From the human T2T-CHM13v2.0 reference genome, Homo sapiens, in NCBI RefSeq assembly GCF_009914755.1, contig NC_060926.1: 64,000 nucleotides of DNA, one strand, 5' to 3'. The notes beneath the pieces were generated by a model. It saw nothing but the letters and a program-made list of their open reading frames with translations. It was not told the DNA's origin and ran no database searches. Both the position numbers and the translations under genes were made by a program. Positions 13,883-27,677 of this stretch are shown in pieces (positions within the stretch are counted from its first letter, which is position 1; the number at the start of each line of letters is the position of its first letter).

Positions 13883-15183
13883 TGGTAAGAGACTTTGGTT
13901 GGCCTGCCTTGAAAGAGAAACGGTGTCACAAAGACTGTATGTTGTAACTCTTTTATCTGACAATTTATGTGCACATGAAGTTTTTGTTCTCAGAGCAGTT
14001 CTTAATCTGTTTTGAGTTTTTACAAGTTCGTTACTTCTCTTTGTAGGTATGTAAAAAGGAAATGGACTTTGAGAGTTTTAAAGGTAGGATTAAGAAGGCG
14101 GCCCTAAAAATCTTACAGTATGTCATTGGTTTGTTGATAACTCACTGAAGAGCCTGCTGAAGAATAAATAAGAAACATCTGTACAGGGTGAATCCTTCGG
14201 GTTCTCACTGGGGACCTGTTGACTCTGAGTAGGCTTTCGTCAAAGCCTCTTTGCAGGGTCTTGCCTCAGTTTCTGGATCCACTCCTTCACTGGCTTCTCC
14301 GAAAGCCTTTTTAGGACCTGGATTTGAAGAGGGAATTGTACTCCTGTTTGCAGACCATGGCAGTGGAGCCAGTTGTAAGCTATTGGCCTGAGTTTCGGAA
14401 ACAGAGTGGTGTATCCATCCTTGTAACAGTCAGGGAGTGGATTATCAATGGAAACGGAAGTAAAAAGGACATACTGTATTCAGTACTCACATTGAAAACA
14501 TTAATTTTGGATTTAATCTTTGCCTCATAAAATGCAATAATCCAAAAGCTCATTTCCAGAACCCTCTTTCCAAATATAATAGCTTCAACTGAATCAACGC
14601 TTGGTAAACGTGATGTATCTCTAGTTTAAATGCAAATATTTTCTTAAAGTTGGCTAGAAAGGACATTTTTGTAGAGCAAATCAAATTTTTCCACTGTTCA
14701 TCATGTAATTGGAGATATGCTTCTATAGACAAAACTGTCGTTGGATTGAGTTGAAGGATTTTGATTTTATGCAAAAAATTTAGAAGTGACAGACACCCCA
14801 TGCTACTCTAAGCCTTAGCAGATGCCTAGGCCTAACAAGTAAGATGCGAAGAAGACTGTACATCTTGATTTTTTTGTTTTTCATTCTTTTAACATGTTGG
14901 AACTCTGCCTCTACTCAGGGAGTTGCTCCATCACGTTCATATAGAACCCTCTTTTGAGGCCAAGTAACCCCAGGCACTCCTAATCCAGCTTCCTTGTTTT
15001 CCCTCATGTCCAATTTTTATTGGGTTTTAAGTTGTATTAAAGGTATATTTTACCAGTAGGGGCCTCTGCTTTATATTGTCTGACGTCTTGACTGAAAAGC
15101 CCTTAATTAGGAGGTATAAGTTATGTAAATCAAAGCGCTCCACTGTAGCAATTTCATATAACCATTTTATTTAAACTGAAGTA

Positions 15184-15864
15184 CAGTGGACCCTTAACCT
15201 GTGTTTGAACTGTGCAGGTCCACGTACACATGTATTCTTTTCAACCAAATGTGGATTGAAAATACAGTACTCTAGATCCCTGAGGAATCGCCACACACTC
15301 TAGATCCCTGAGGAATCTTCCACAATGGCACATATACACCATGGAATACTATGCAGCCATAAAAAATGATGAGTTCATGTCCTTTGTAGGGACGTGGATG
15401 AAGCTGGAAACCATCATTCTCAGCAAACTGTCGCAAGGACAGAAAACCGAACACCGCATGTTCTCACTCATAGGTGGGAACTGAACAATGAGAACACTTG
15501 GACACAGGAAGGAAGGGGAACATCACACACCAGGGCCTGTTGTGGGGTGGGGGTAGAGGTGAGGGATAGCATTAGGAGATATACCTAATGTAAATGATGA
15601 GTTAATGGGTGCAGCACACCAACATGGCACATGTATACATATGTAACAAACCTGCACGTTGTGCACATATACCCTAGAACTTAAAGTATAATAAAAAAAT
15701 TAAAAAAAAGAAAATACAGTACTCAGTGAGATGGAAACTCACATAGAAGGAGGGCTGACTTTTCCCATATGTGAGTTATGTGTGCCTGACTGCCAGACTA
15801 GCGTATGTGCAGTTTTTGATAACTATAAGGTCCTGGAACCAATGCCTATACTGAGAGAAGACTG
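15184..15864. mobile_element. MER8 (TcMar-Tigger) split by an L1 insertion; pieces 15184-15272 and 15725-15864
   Basis: CAGTGGACCCTT...TTTGAACTGTGCAGGTCCAC...GAAAATACAGTA | ...GGAGGGCTGACTTTT...GGTCCTGGAACCAAT...GACTG; TA at both flanks. Confidence 0.85.
15273..15709 (+). mobile_element. 5'-truncated, 5'-inverted L1PA4/5-like element
   Basis: L1PA 3'UTR ending CCCTAGAACTTAAAGTATAATAAA; perfect 15-bp TSD GAAAATACAGTACTC at 15258-15272 / 15710-15724; antisense L1 piece at 15273-15328. Confidence 0.92.
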
Positions 15865-15878
15865 TATATATTAATAAT

Positions 15879-15912
15879 TCTTACTGTCCCTCTACTCTTA
15901 CTGTCCCTCTAC
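15879..15912. repeat. 17-bp perfect tandem duplication
   Basis: TCTTACTGTCCCTCTAC x2. Confidence 0.95.
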
Positions 15913-18675
15913 CAAAGAATTTCACCAAAGATGCCAGGATTCACAAAGGCTGAATATACCATGACTTTCTGAATTGAAACAGGAAAACACTGGTAATTTT
16001 TTCAAGTACTGGAGGGGCATCAAATTAAGATTTATTTAGTGATGGTAATTTCAGTAAGTTTGCAGACAGGAGAACTGTGTGTTTCTACTTCAGTCTAGCC
16101 AAATACTGTGTGTCAGTTTGGCAATACCAGTTAGGAGCCCTACATTGTTGTTCATTTCAGAGAGAATAATTCTGGCTACAGCAATTTAACTATGGTATGT
16201 ATGTTCTTAGAACTGAGTAACTAACTTCCTCAGACTGAACCTATTAAATTAGTTTCAATTTCCTGCCAAAATTTATAGACAGGTTGTAGATGAAAAAGCT
16301 GCCTCTGCCCTTCATTATCACTATGTATCATAGTTTTTAAAATAAAAATGTTATTTACTTGCATCTACTGTCAGATATTAAACTACAGAGGCATCCATCA
16401 GCAGTTTTGTTGGCACTGTAAAGAAAAAAGTCATGTAACAGCACACCTGGCTTTAGTGTTATAGCATAGAGTTAGTGTTGCAAGGTGACTTTGATATGTC
16501 AGAAAAGCTAATTATGTGCCATCAAAGGACTGAAGAAATTGCCTTTTTTAATGAAAAGTATTTTATAGGAGGTGACAATGATCTTAAGCAAAGCAGTAAA
16601 ACCGGGTGTATAATTATATAAATTCTTTAAATTCTTATTAGACTTAGCTAATTGACATGTTACTGTTCAATGACACAGAAAAAAATTGTTAAACATAAAA
16701 ACCAGAGCAATGATTTTGAACTGTAGAGATAAAGTCTAATCTTAAATGGATTCTTTTGCCATTTTTCCTTCCAAATACAGTCACAATTTTTCCTTGACAT
16801 TATTTATGGTAATGCGTGTTTTTATTTTGTATTAAAAAAAGAGTATAGCAAATTTTAATAAGAATGAACTGTTAGTAACATATATATGCCCCTTCAAATA
16901 AAAATGCAATTTTCTTAGCTAATGGTGATAAAGTGCCCGAGTCTATTTTCAGTTTTCTTGATACGTATAGATGTAAGTGTGTTTATGTGTGTCACACATA
17001 TATATAAATTTAATTTTTATTTCTTTGAGGAGCCATATTGAGGGGGAATGTGAAGTGGGTCCTGCTGTTTGGTATATCAGGATTAAGAGCAGAACTTTTT
17101 ATTGTTAGCTCTGGCAGAATGTATGTGATTATTAGTGATGTCTTTTTTTAGAAAATTGTAAATTATAGGAATGCTACACAGGAAGAAAGAAATGAAGCAT
17201 ACAGTAGTTATGTAGGTTTACAAGATTGACAATTTTTTTTTTCCTTCACAGAAAGTTCAGTACTTAAAGCAGAAAGCTGTAATTGTTGGTTGCTGTAGAT
17301 GCCCTTAGCTATTTGGAATGTGGAAAGATGTATGCTATAAATGTTTTACTCCTATAATTGTCATCCCTTCAGAATGGTTCAATTATAGCTATTTTGTAGG
17401 AAAGGTGCATGAAGAAACAATTTCTGGCAGCATTCTGTAATGACCATTCAAGTTTTTAAAAAATTGCAAATGTAAAATAAACAAACCCATTTTTGTTACT
17501 GGACAGGGAGCACAGTTCCCAAAGCCTCCTGTTTCACATCTCAGATGACAGGTCAAGCAGGGGCCGTGACAGGCAACCCACAAAGTGTAGTTGGTTTTGG
17601 TGCTTGGGGTAAGAACGTCTCAGGACATGCTCAAGGCTATTTGGATTTATGAAACTGAAATGTCTTGATTTAAAGTGAATCTTTAAGGTATCAACTGAGC
17701 CAGGTCATAGAGCTCTGGACTGTGAGGAAGGAGTTGGGTTCATTAATCCTCATGCTAACCCATGTGTGTTGACACTAATCAACTAACCTCACCTCTCTGA
17801 GCATCTTACAATGACATGGTCAGCTCTAAGACTGCTTAGATTATATGGCAATGCGACACTCCTGGAGGAAACCAATGTGAAAATGGATAATCTGTAAATT
17901 TTCTTGGGAACCAAATGCCTGTATGGGTTGTGGGGGTATAGTGCAAGATTCTGAAATAACTCCTGATTGTTCTTAGGTATATGCCCTTTGTAAAGCTATT
18001 AAAGGTTGTTAATTACCAGCCTTAAAAGATTGGGGAATTGAATGTTTGGTTGGAGGCGGTTTGGCCTGTATTCTTACTTTTGGCTAGCCAAATTGTGTAC
18101 TTACATCTGACAGCTTAATTCTGAAATTAGGTTTGCAAAGCCCGGATATCAGTGGGCTTATTCTTTTTGCCAGTGCTGGATTGAGTATCCAACAGAAGTC
18201 AAGTGCCAGAGACCAGTCAGATTGAAATAGACTCTAACTGATGATTAGTAGAGTTTCAGTGGGAAAGTCAGAGTTCTATTCATTTTGATTGTTTTATTAA
18301 GTGTGAAATAGCTAAGCATCCTTTTTTATTGATCAGACATAATGTAACTGTTCTAAAGGATTGTTTCTTTGATATACCTGGATTGTGCTTCCTAAAGGGA
18401 AAAAGACTGGATCCATGATTTTATTTTCCAGACTACCAACTCCTGATACATGAAAATTGCTCTATAAAATAATCTCTTTCTCTTAGTTGTTTGTGATTTA
18501 ATATAGTTTAGCATGTTGGAATTACCAATTGTTCCCTATCTCTGTCTTTGACTAATTGCCAGAAGTTTCATTTAATAGTATATGATACCTACTATTATGT
18601 GTTATATAGGTATATCATACATATATAGAGAGAGAGCATGCATATATGTACATGCAGTTTGAAATGCAGCAGAGT

Positions 18676-19001
<326 letters not shown>

Positions 19002-20969
19002 TTATCTCCAAGAAGTATCCAGCTGATGTGGGGCTGCACACAAATGACTTTTGCATGGACAGGATATCTGGTCTAACTACTCTAAAAAATTGCATAACCC
19101 TATAGGGAGCCAGAGCTAACTAATGCAATAATTACCTAGGAGTAGAGCCAACATCCTGCAATTATATTAGAACAAACGTGCTACAGTGTTTCTGTTTATA
19201 TATGTCTCTTGGCATCTTGAATTAATATTTTATCATATTTCATTAAGAAAAAATCAGAGATCAGAGAAGTCATGGAAACAAGATCACTAGAATTACCTGT
19301 TGTGTAGGGTTAGAAAATTTCTATGAAACTTCTCCCATCTTGACAAAATCATTTAACACTACTGAAAACAATTGATGTTTACCTCATAGTTAAGTAGAGG
19401 CAAGCATTTCCTTGAGGTCTGTGCGTTAGAAAACCATGAGCGTATTAGATATTATCTTTAGCTACTCAGTTTTTTCTTTTGTTTTCAAAGTATGCCAATA
19501 TTGTTAATATGTACTTTTTATGTGGTTGACCAGTCTGTATGTGTGTGTATCTATGTCTATGTAAAATGCCATTTTCAACAGTTTAATTATATTACTTAAA
19601 TCCCTTTCGGTGGGGGGTGCTGAATACAGAGTATATCAACAAAGTCAAGAACTACACGTTGATAAATCTTAATTGAAAGCTCTTTCTTCAGCAGATTGCT
19701 GTGTATTTTATACATTATATGTTGACAACGTAACATTTAAATTTTTGCTTAATAAGAAAACAATGAGGGAGAGTTAAGCTTTTTTTTTTTCTTTTTTCCT
19801 TTTAGCCCTGAAGGACTCACCAGTGTTATTTTGATTGTCTGGGAAAATTAGTTGTTTTGAGTTATAGATCTCGTTCTGAAAAAGAAGAATTGCTGAACTT
19901 GGTAGGTGGTTGCCAAGGGGCATGCTGAAGCCAACTGAGAAAGGGCTTCTTTGAAAGGCAAATTTCTGATGGATTCCAGGCCAGGCTAATGAAGGAAACT
20001 CTGAAGCTCTATGTGTCTTGGAGTAGTGGGAAAGGAGTAACAGATTTTTCAGAGAAAGATTTTGCAACCCAGAGTCAGGAGTGCTGCTGCTGTGTGTTGT
20101 GCATCTGCTATCAAGGACTGCCTAGTCGCCTCTTTTTCTATCTGAGAGCTGCACAGGAGTGCTTTTGCACTGTCCCTGAATCGTGAGTGTTCTGGGAGAG
20201 GCAAAGCTAGTTCCAAGAATCAGCATTACCTTGTGGCTTTCACTTTTAGAGGGTCTGGAGATAGCTGACACCCTTGACTGAAGCATCACTAAGACACATC
20301 CTGGCGTCAGGCAGCACAGTCGCCTTCTTACACATGTATGCTTCCTTTTTTCCTGTAGCAAGGGATAGAACAAGATCTCACCTGAACTGGAGCACAAAGC
20401 TATAAACTGACTTTTGCTACCTTTGGAATACAATCACTGGAGTTGATTTTAATTTCTAAACTGGATATAACAAGAAAAGCAATTTTCTAAATTCCCCATA
20501 TTTAAAAATCTGTACCATTTCTCTGTTTCCCAGAAGTACAAATCCATTGAGAAACCTTTGTTGCTGGGCAATATTTGAGGCCTATTGCATGCAGAGTTAT
20601 TATCATTTAGTGTTAAATTCTTTAAATATTTTTTCTAGATTACATCTTTTGGAGGATAATAATCAGATAATCCTTCTATAATCCTCCTAAAATTTAGCCT
20701 AATATTGGGTAATCTACAAATGCCAATAGACTGCTTTACCACTGAATTGATTTCTTTTATGGCAAGTGTCTGACTGCAAAAGCTTTATTTGTATATTGCC
20801 TCTTTTATTTACCTCCCCTCCTTCATCCTTCACAATGAATTGCTTAATGTATTGGTAATCAGACTCCTTGACAAAACATGCACTTTGAAAGCTGCAGGCT
20901 GGTTCTATGGGCTACAAACAAAGAGTCCTACTATTAGGATCTTTTCAATGTCTTTACCTTGATTTAGAA

Positions 20970-21125
20970 CCTTGGTACTCAGAGTATAGCATGTGGACAG
21001 CAGGGCATCACCTGCAAGCTTATTAGAAATACAAAATCTTGCCCTTCCTCCTCATCACTGATTTAGATGGCTTTTCGGAGAGGTCAGGTGATTATGAATC
21101 TCTAATAAAGGTTTTAAACTACTGC
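20970..21125. mobile_element. MER5-type DNA transposon remnant
   Basis: GGCATCACCTGCAAGCTTATTAGAAATACAAAATCTT...CAGGTGATT. Confidence 0.6.
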
Positions 21126-21711
21126 AATAGAACCTCAGAGGGTTAACCTACAATACCATCAAATACCATTCAGAATGAGCTTGGCAGTCCTGGTGGAATT
21201 TGGGGATTATTCTATTCCTACTCTGCATTGCTTTACTTGGAAAAAGGGGACTGGATTTTTCTATGAAAAGAATGAGCTTCCCGTGCTCCTGTAAAGACAC
21301 CTTGTAGTCTATGTCTAGAAAGCATTCCTTAATTTTCTTCAATCTGTTTGGAATATCATATAAATAAAAATTTGTATGTTTTCTTTGTAACTCTGGAAAT
21401 GCTAGAGAAAATAAGTTTTCAAATGGTTGTTGAATCACCATGGTTGTCATAATTACTTACCCAATAAATAGTGGAAATCATCATCGACACCATCCTTTTA
21501 TTTTCCTTTTCCTCATCGTTTTCTCCTCATCACTATCCTAACAGTTAGTCTCTGTCATTGTGTTAATATTTTATTTTTCAAAGTACTGTTGAGACCTAAA
21601 TTGTTGCTGATTGTTTCATTTTTGATCAGTTATGTGTTCTGTATTCAGATGCATTAACTATATTTTCTTTTTTTATTTTATGTGTATGTATATATATATT
21701 ATATATATATA

Positions 21712-22005
21712 TTTTTTTTTTTTTTTTTGAGACAGAGTCTCACTCTGTCTCTGAGGCTGGAGTGCAGTGGCCCAATCTCGCTCGCTGCAACCTCTGCCTC
21801 CCGGGTTCAAGCAATTCTCCTGCCTCAGCCTCCCGAATAGCTGGGACTACAGGTGTCCGCCACCACGCCCAGCTAATTTTTATTTTTAGTAGAGACAGGG
21901 TTTCACCATATTGGCCAGGCTGGTCTCGAACTCCTAACCTTGTGATCCGCCCACCTTGGCCTCCCAAAGTGCTGGGATTACACACATGAGCCACCGCACC
22001 TGGCC
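21712..22005 (-). mobile_element. AluSg-like, inserted in the tail of the next Alu
   Basis: Antisense Alu with poly(T); TATATATATTTTTT at both ends. Confidence 0.92.
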
Positions 22006-22013
22006 TATATATA

Positions 22014-22298
22014 TTTTTTGAGACGGAGTTTTGCTCTGTCGCCCAGGCTGGAGTGCAGTGGTGCAAGCTCGGCTCACTGCAACCTCCACCTCTCGGTTCA
22101 AGCAATTCTCTGCCTCAGCCTCCCAAGTCACTGGGATTACAGGTGCGTGCCACCATGCCCGGCTAATTTTTTGTGTTTTTAGTAGAGACGGGGTTTTACT
22201 ATCTTGGCCAGGCTGATCTTGAACTCCTGACCTGGTGATCCACCCGCCTTGGCCTCCCAAAGTGTTGGGATTACAGGTGTGAGCCACCGCACCTGGCC
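22014..22298 (-). mobile_element. AluS (outer element of nested pair)
   Basis: Antisense Alu; TSD ACT(A/C)TATTTTCTTT at 21657-21670 / 22299-22312 brackets both Alus. Confidence 0.92.
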
Positions 22299-22714
22299 AC
22301 TCTATTTTCTTTATGGGAATAAATACAAGATAATAGCTAAATATTTCATCTTTTTCTAGGATTAAAGTGAGGCTTCTTCACCTTAGGGAGTAGCAGAAAG
22401 ATGATATCTGAGAGCCCACATAAACCTAGAAAACCATTGTAAATGATATTGTCGCCAGTGAGAGAAGAGCCAATGGGGTGAAAATATTAATAGATTATGT
22501 CTACAAATTTGAAATGTTACCATTGAAATAAATGAATCAGGCTCACTTGACTAAGAAAAAAGGAAAAGCTTTATAATTTGAATGCTTTCAAATAGAATAG
22601 TGTGTTTATAATCAATAGCATGTTTTCTTTTTAAAATTTCCTATATTTTATTTGAAGTCATCATGAAATGTAAATGGAATAGAAAATTTCCTTTTGGAAA
22701 TAGCAGAATGTTCT

Positions 22715-23696
22715 CTTTTTTTCAACTTTTGAGTTCTGAGGTACGTGTACAGGATGTGCAGGTTTGTTACATAGGTAAATGTGTGCCCTGTTGGTTTGCT
22801 GCACAGATCAACCCATCACCCAGATATTAGGCCCAGCATCCATTGGCTATTCTCTCTGATGCTCTCCCTCCCCCTGGCCCCAGCAACAGGCCCCAGTGTG
22901 TGTTGTTCCCCTCTATGCATCCATGTGTTCTCATCATTCAGCTCCCACTTGTAAGTGAGAACATGTGATGTTTGGTTTTCTGTTCCTGCATCAATTTCTT
23001 AGGTTGCTAGCCACCTAGTTTGCTGAGGATAACGGCTTGTGGTCCATCCATGTCCCTACAGAGGACATTATCTCATTCCTTTTTATGGCTGCATAGTATT
23101 CCATGGTATATATGTACCATATTTTCTTTATCCAGTCTATTGATGAGCATTTGAGTTGATTCCATGTCTTTGCTATTTTGAATAGTGCTGCAATAAGCAT
23201 ACAAATGCATGTGTCTTTATAACAGAATTATTTATAATCCTTTGGGTATATACCCAGTAATGGGATTGCTGGGTCAAATGATATTTCTGCCTCTAGCTCT
23301 TTGAAGAATCGCCACACTGTCTTCCACAATGGTTGAACTAATTTACACTCCCATCAATGGCGTAAAAACATTCCTTTTGCTCTGCAACCTTGCCAGCATC
23401 TGTTGTTTCTTGACTTTTTAATAATCACCATTCTGACTGGCATGAGATGGTATCTCATTGTGGTTTTTATTTGCATTTCTGTAATGATCAGTGATGTTGA
23501 GCTTTTTTCATCTATTTGTTGGCCTCATGTATATCTTCTTTTGAAAAGTGTCTATTCATGTCCTTTGCCCACTTTTTAATGGGGTTGTTTTTTTCTTGTA
23601 AATTTGTTTAAGTTCCTCGTAGACTCTGGATATGAGATCTTTGTCAGATGGATAGGTTGCAAAAATGTTTTCCCATTCTGTAGGTTGTCTGTTCAT
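22715..23696 (-). mobile_element. 5'-truncated L1PA (about PA10-PA13) 3' end
   Basis: GGATGTGCAGGTTTGTTACATAGGTAAA...CTGCACAGATCAACCCATCACC; TSD TAGCAGA(A/G)TGTTCT at 22701-22714 / 23697-23710. Confidence 0.9.
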
Positions 23697-25889
23697 TAGC
23701 AGAGTGTTCTTTATAAAAATAAGACAAATTGTATGTCATTTTTTAAGAGAGAACTAATATTAAATACCATTTATTCTAATCATGGCACATGTTTTGCTTC
23801 TTCTTCATGAAACTCCTGTGAGGCAGATTGTGTTATTTATATTTTAAAGATAAGAAGATAGACTCATTGATAAATGGAAACTTTATTCAAGATCTGTGCT
23901 TATTATACTTAGATATTGACTGTTAAAAAGGACATATAGATTGGAAACAATTTGTTGAGCCTGATTAGTTATTATACAGAATATATTTTAATGTGTTTAG
24001 GTATCTAGTTGGGGGCCTATATGTCCAGTTTCAAAGTTAAATGGTGATAACCCTGAATATTTGTGAACTCTAGTTTTATATCCTCAGTAGAGCTTCACAT
24101 ATTTTATAGTTGCTCAAGAAACATGTGTGGAATACATGCTGAATGAGCCACACACTCCTCCAACCGCCTGAGAAGGGGGAAGAGCTTCTCAGCACAATGG
24201 TCACCACAAGGTGGGCCACTTCTCCCACTTTTCTTTTTCTAAGTGGCATCAGCATGTATTTGGTCACCTGCAGAGAATAGCTGAATTGCAAACTCAGTTT
24301 CCCATCGTTATTTTCTGTTCACAATTTTGGGGCTTAATGATCTTTCAGACTATTTGAACATGTTCAATTTTGTTTACAAAACCCACAAAGCATTTTTCAA
24401 GCTGAGTCAACTATCAAAGAAGAAAAGACTCGGTCATCTAGTGGATCTTCTCTGGGTGGATTGGTTCCATCTACCGAATGGGATATGAGGAGGCAAACCT
24501 TACCCTCCCATTTCTCCATAAACCAGAGTCGAAAATTAGGTTGTGTGTTTCCAGTCTATTTTTATGAGTTCCCATCATAAGTCACACCATCCATCATAGC
24601 ATAAGCATTTGACCCTCATTATGAGACATCAAGAAAGCTGTCACCATTGCCCTAGCACCAGTGTCTCCAGTAAATATTGGAAATGTTAGGAGATCTCATT
24701 TAGTAAATTCCTGAGTGTTGCCTGCCAGCGCATTGGGTCTTAGTGTTTTATGAATTATTCTTTAGTCTATGTACTTTTATCACACTTGACAGTTATCATA
24801 AATGGTCTTTAGGCTGAATACTAGTTTTTAACAAAGGAAAATACTCAACATTATTAAGAAGGACCTGCCTGGATCTGCTATAGGGATGCAGAATATAGAA
24901 ATTAAAAATATTTGAGATCGATGTCTGTGCAACATATGAAATCATGTAAACAGATACAATCAATAATTTCTCTTCAGTTCTAACAGAGCCCCATAAAAAC
25001 GATTTGGTTCAGTTTGGGCTACCTGGGATGGCTAAAAAATAAAAATGTTTTCTGTAGACTTAGAACCAATCTGGAGATGAGGACACTTAAGAGTTCTTGT
25101 CTTCTGAGGGATTGTCAGACAGGTGGTGTGTTTAACATCAGGGTGTCATACAAAGGCATTTTCTTAGATGGGCTTTAGCCTAATGACCATGACTGCCTAA
25201 CAGTCACTACTGGTATCTGGCAGGCAATTGAGGTATTTTTCAAAGGCCCACAGGGTATGTATCATTATACTGAGTGTTTTATGCAGAAAACCCTTTGAGG
25301 CATTTTTTTAAATCAGTTTTTTTTAATCAGCTTTTAGTTCCATCTGTTCAAGAATAGGTAAACTGAATCTCTTTGGTTCCTTTGTTTTTTATTTAGGGAA
25401 GTTATCTGTTCAATTGAGATGAATGGTAATGGGATTATATTACTGTAATTCATTTATTAAAGGAGTATTAGAATCCATAGTAGTATGTTTCCATCTCAGA
25501 ACCCACAAATTACCAATTAAACACAATCTTCCAAAACAATGTGATTATTTTCATTTAAGCCTATTTTGGAAGCTGAGTCACTTGCCACCTGCATATATCT
25601 TTGTTTAAAAAGCATTAGTGGAATATTACTGAAGCCGAAGCCATTACTTGGTTGTGATTTACACAGGGAAATGGTGATAGCTGTTCATCCAGACTGCAGC
25701 CCAGTCACTTTCGAGATAGCCTGTCTGCATGTTGGCTAGTTGTAGCAAGTTTTAAAAGCAAAACACTCAAATTATACCACGTTGAAAACATGAAGAGGTG
25801 TTTTTATTTTTTAAAAAGAACGAAGAGATGGCAAACTAACCTATAAATTAAAAGAAGCCCAAACTGCTGTAGATGAGGATGCTGCTTTC

Positions 25890-27090
25890 TTTGATTTAAC
25901 AGTATTAACAGAGCACTATTCTATATGCAGCGCCATTTCATACCCTTTGGGTATTTTAGCAATTTGAAATCACATCCCTTCCCTCAAGCAGAATGCAAGG
26001 TAACTGGAGACATAAAATGAGCACACATGTAAAACCAAATAGCGATACAAGGCAACCCTACCAGAGGCATACGACCAGACAGTGCATGGTGCAATGCCAG
26101 AAGTTGACACTGTCATTGGGTGCTGTGGATTTATGGCAAAGGGCTCACTATGGATTTGAGAAGCCAGAAAAGTCCTTAGAGAGGAGGTGAAATTTGAGCT
26201 GATTCTTGAGGAATGTATGAGAACTGTTAAGACCCCAGCATTCCAACTGGGAGGGATCATTGGTGAAGTGTCAAGATGTCCATGGCAGGGGTGCAGGAGA
26301 GAGGTGAGCAGCAGGAGAATAATGAGGGGGCTGAGATCAGAAGAGTGGAAGTAGAATGGCAGGCAAGGCACAAGCACCAGTTTTGCAGGGAGGAGAGAAG
26401 GGTAGAGGTATTGAAAAACCTATGCTTTTCTAGAAATCTATGTGGAAATAGCTACTAAACATTTGTGGATGTGTATTGAGATTTATCAACAATAAGGCTG
26501 AGGATACCAGGCTTGAAGTGTTCCCAACAGAGAATATTGGGTGGCAAGTGACAGTGATGCAGAGTAAGATATGCAGTAGACCAAGATCTGGCAGAGAAGA
26601 CAAGAGAGCAAACAGAGTTTCGAGAAAGGGAGAGAGGGAGGGAACTGTGTTGCACAAGCCAAAGGAACAGATGAGGCCTTGAAGTTGACATCAAATGGGA
26701 CATAAATGTGTTAGAAGGTGTGAAGAGTGACTCATCCCTATAATCCTGGTACTTTGGGAGGCCAAGCCAGGCAGATCTCTTGAGCTCAGGAATTTGAGAC
26801 CAGTCTTGGCAACATGGTGAAACCCCATCTGTACAAAAATACAATAATTAGATGGATGTGGTTGTGTGCTTCTGTAGTTCCAGCTACTCGGGAGGCTCAG
26901 GTGGGAGGATCATTTGAACCTGGGAGGTCAAGGCTGCTAGTAACCAAGATTGTGCCACTGTACTCCAGCCTGGGCAACAGAATGAGACCCTGTCTCAAAA
27001 AAAAAAAAAAAAAAAAAATGTATGGAGGGACCAAGATGAGGAGGCCTGAGAAAAGTTCATTTTCATGACAGTAGAAATCTCTTGAGAATC
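25890..27090 (-). mobile_element. L2 remnant interrupted by AluJ
   Basis: GAGGAGGTGAAATTTGAGCTGATTCTTGAGGAATG; AAGATGAGGAGGCCTGAGAAAAG; boundaries approximate. Confidence 0.6.
26716..27018 (+). mobile_element. AluJ
   Basis: J-type GGGAGGATCATTTGAACCTGGGAGGTCAAGGCTGC, highly diverged, A tail. Confidence 0.92.
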
Positions 27091-27677
27091 CGATAAAATG
27101 GTAAGAAAAACAAACAAAAGATAGGATAGGAGAGACTAACTAGGTATTTTATGAAACATAAGGCTGGTAAATTGTATATAAGCTAAAGAATTATAGATGA
27201 AACTTTTGATAATAGACTGTTTATCCCTAGATAACCAAGGCCAGATGAGGAATATTATGTGCAGTGCCAGGGTGAGATAAGTAGAGAGATAAGTAGAGGT
27301 GCTATTGCTGGACTCCCAGAGCTCAATGCCTTATGCTTCTGGTGTTGTTCTCTCATTGTGGGGAAACTGAGTAAGCCGTGCGTCTTTTTCATTTTGCCTC
27401 CCAGTTACTCTAGATTGGTTTTCTAGATCCATTAACTCTTAAGGGTCATTCCAGTCCAGCTCTGAGCACATCAAATCTATTGCTTCTCATCCTTTACACC
27501 AATAAGCTTGACTCCTTCTAAAGGTCTTCTCTGCTCTTCATGATCTCGATTCTTCCTGCATTCCTAAGAATGAAAGACACAAATAGCTTTTATAGAGAAT
27601 GCCCTGTGATAGATAAAGCAGTTGTCTCTCTACTATATATAAAAGGGATGCTGATATTTGCCATCTTCCTCAATGAG

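Noticed and set aside
21740-22287. Overlapping 117-121 aa ORFs, and similar ones at 5143, 12250, 40764, 45940 and 56727
   Set aside because: Typical translations of Alu sequence.
27274-27298. Short tandem duplications here and near 6135, 25305 and 43872
   Set aside because: Ordinary slippage products; no spacer-repeat array, so not CRISPR-like.
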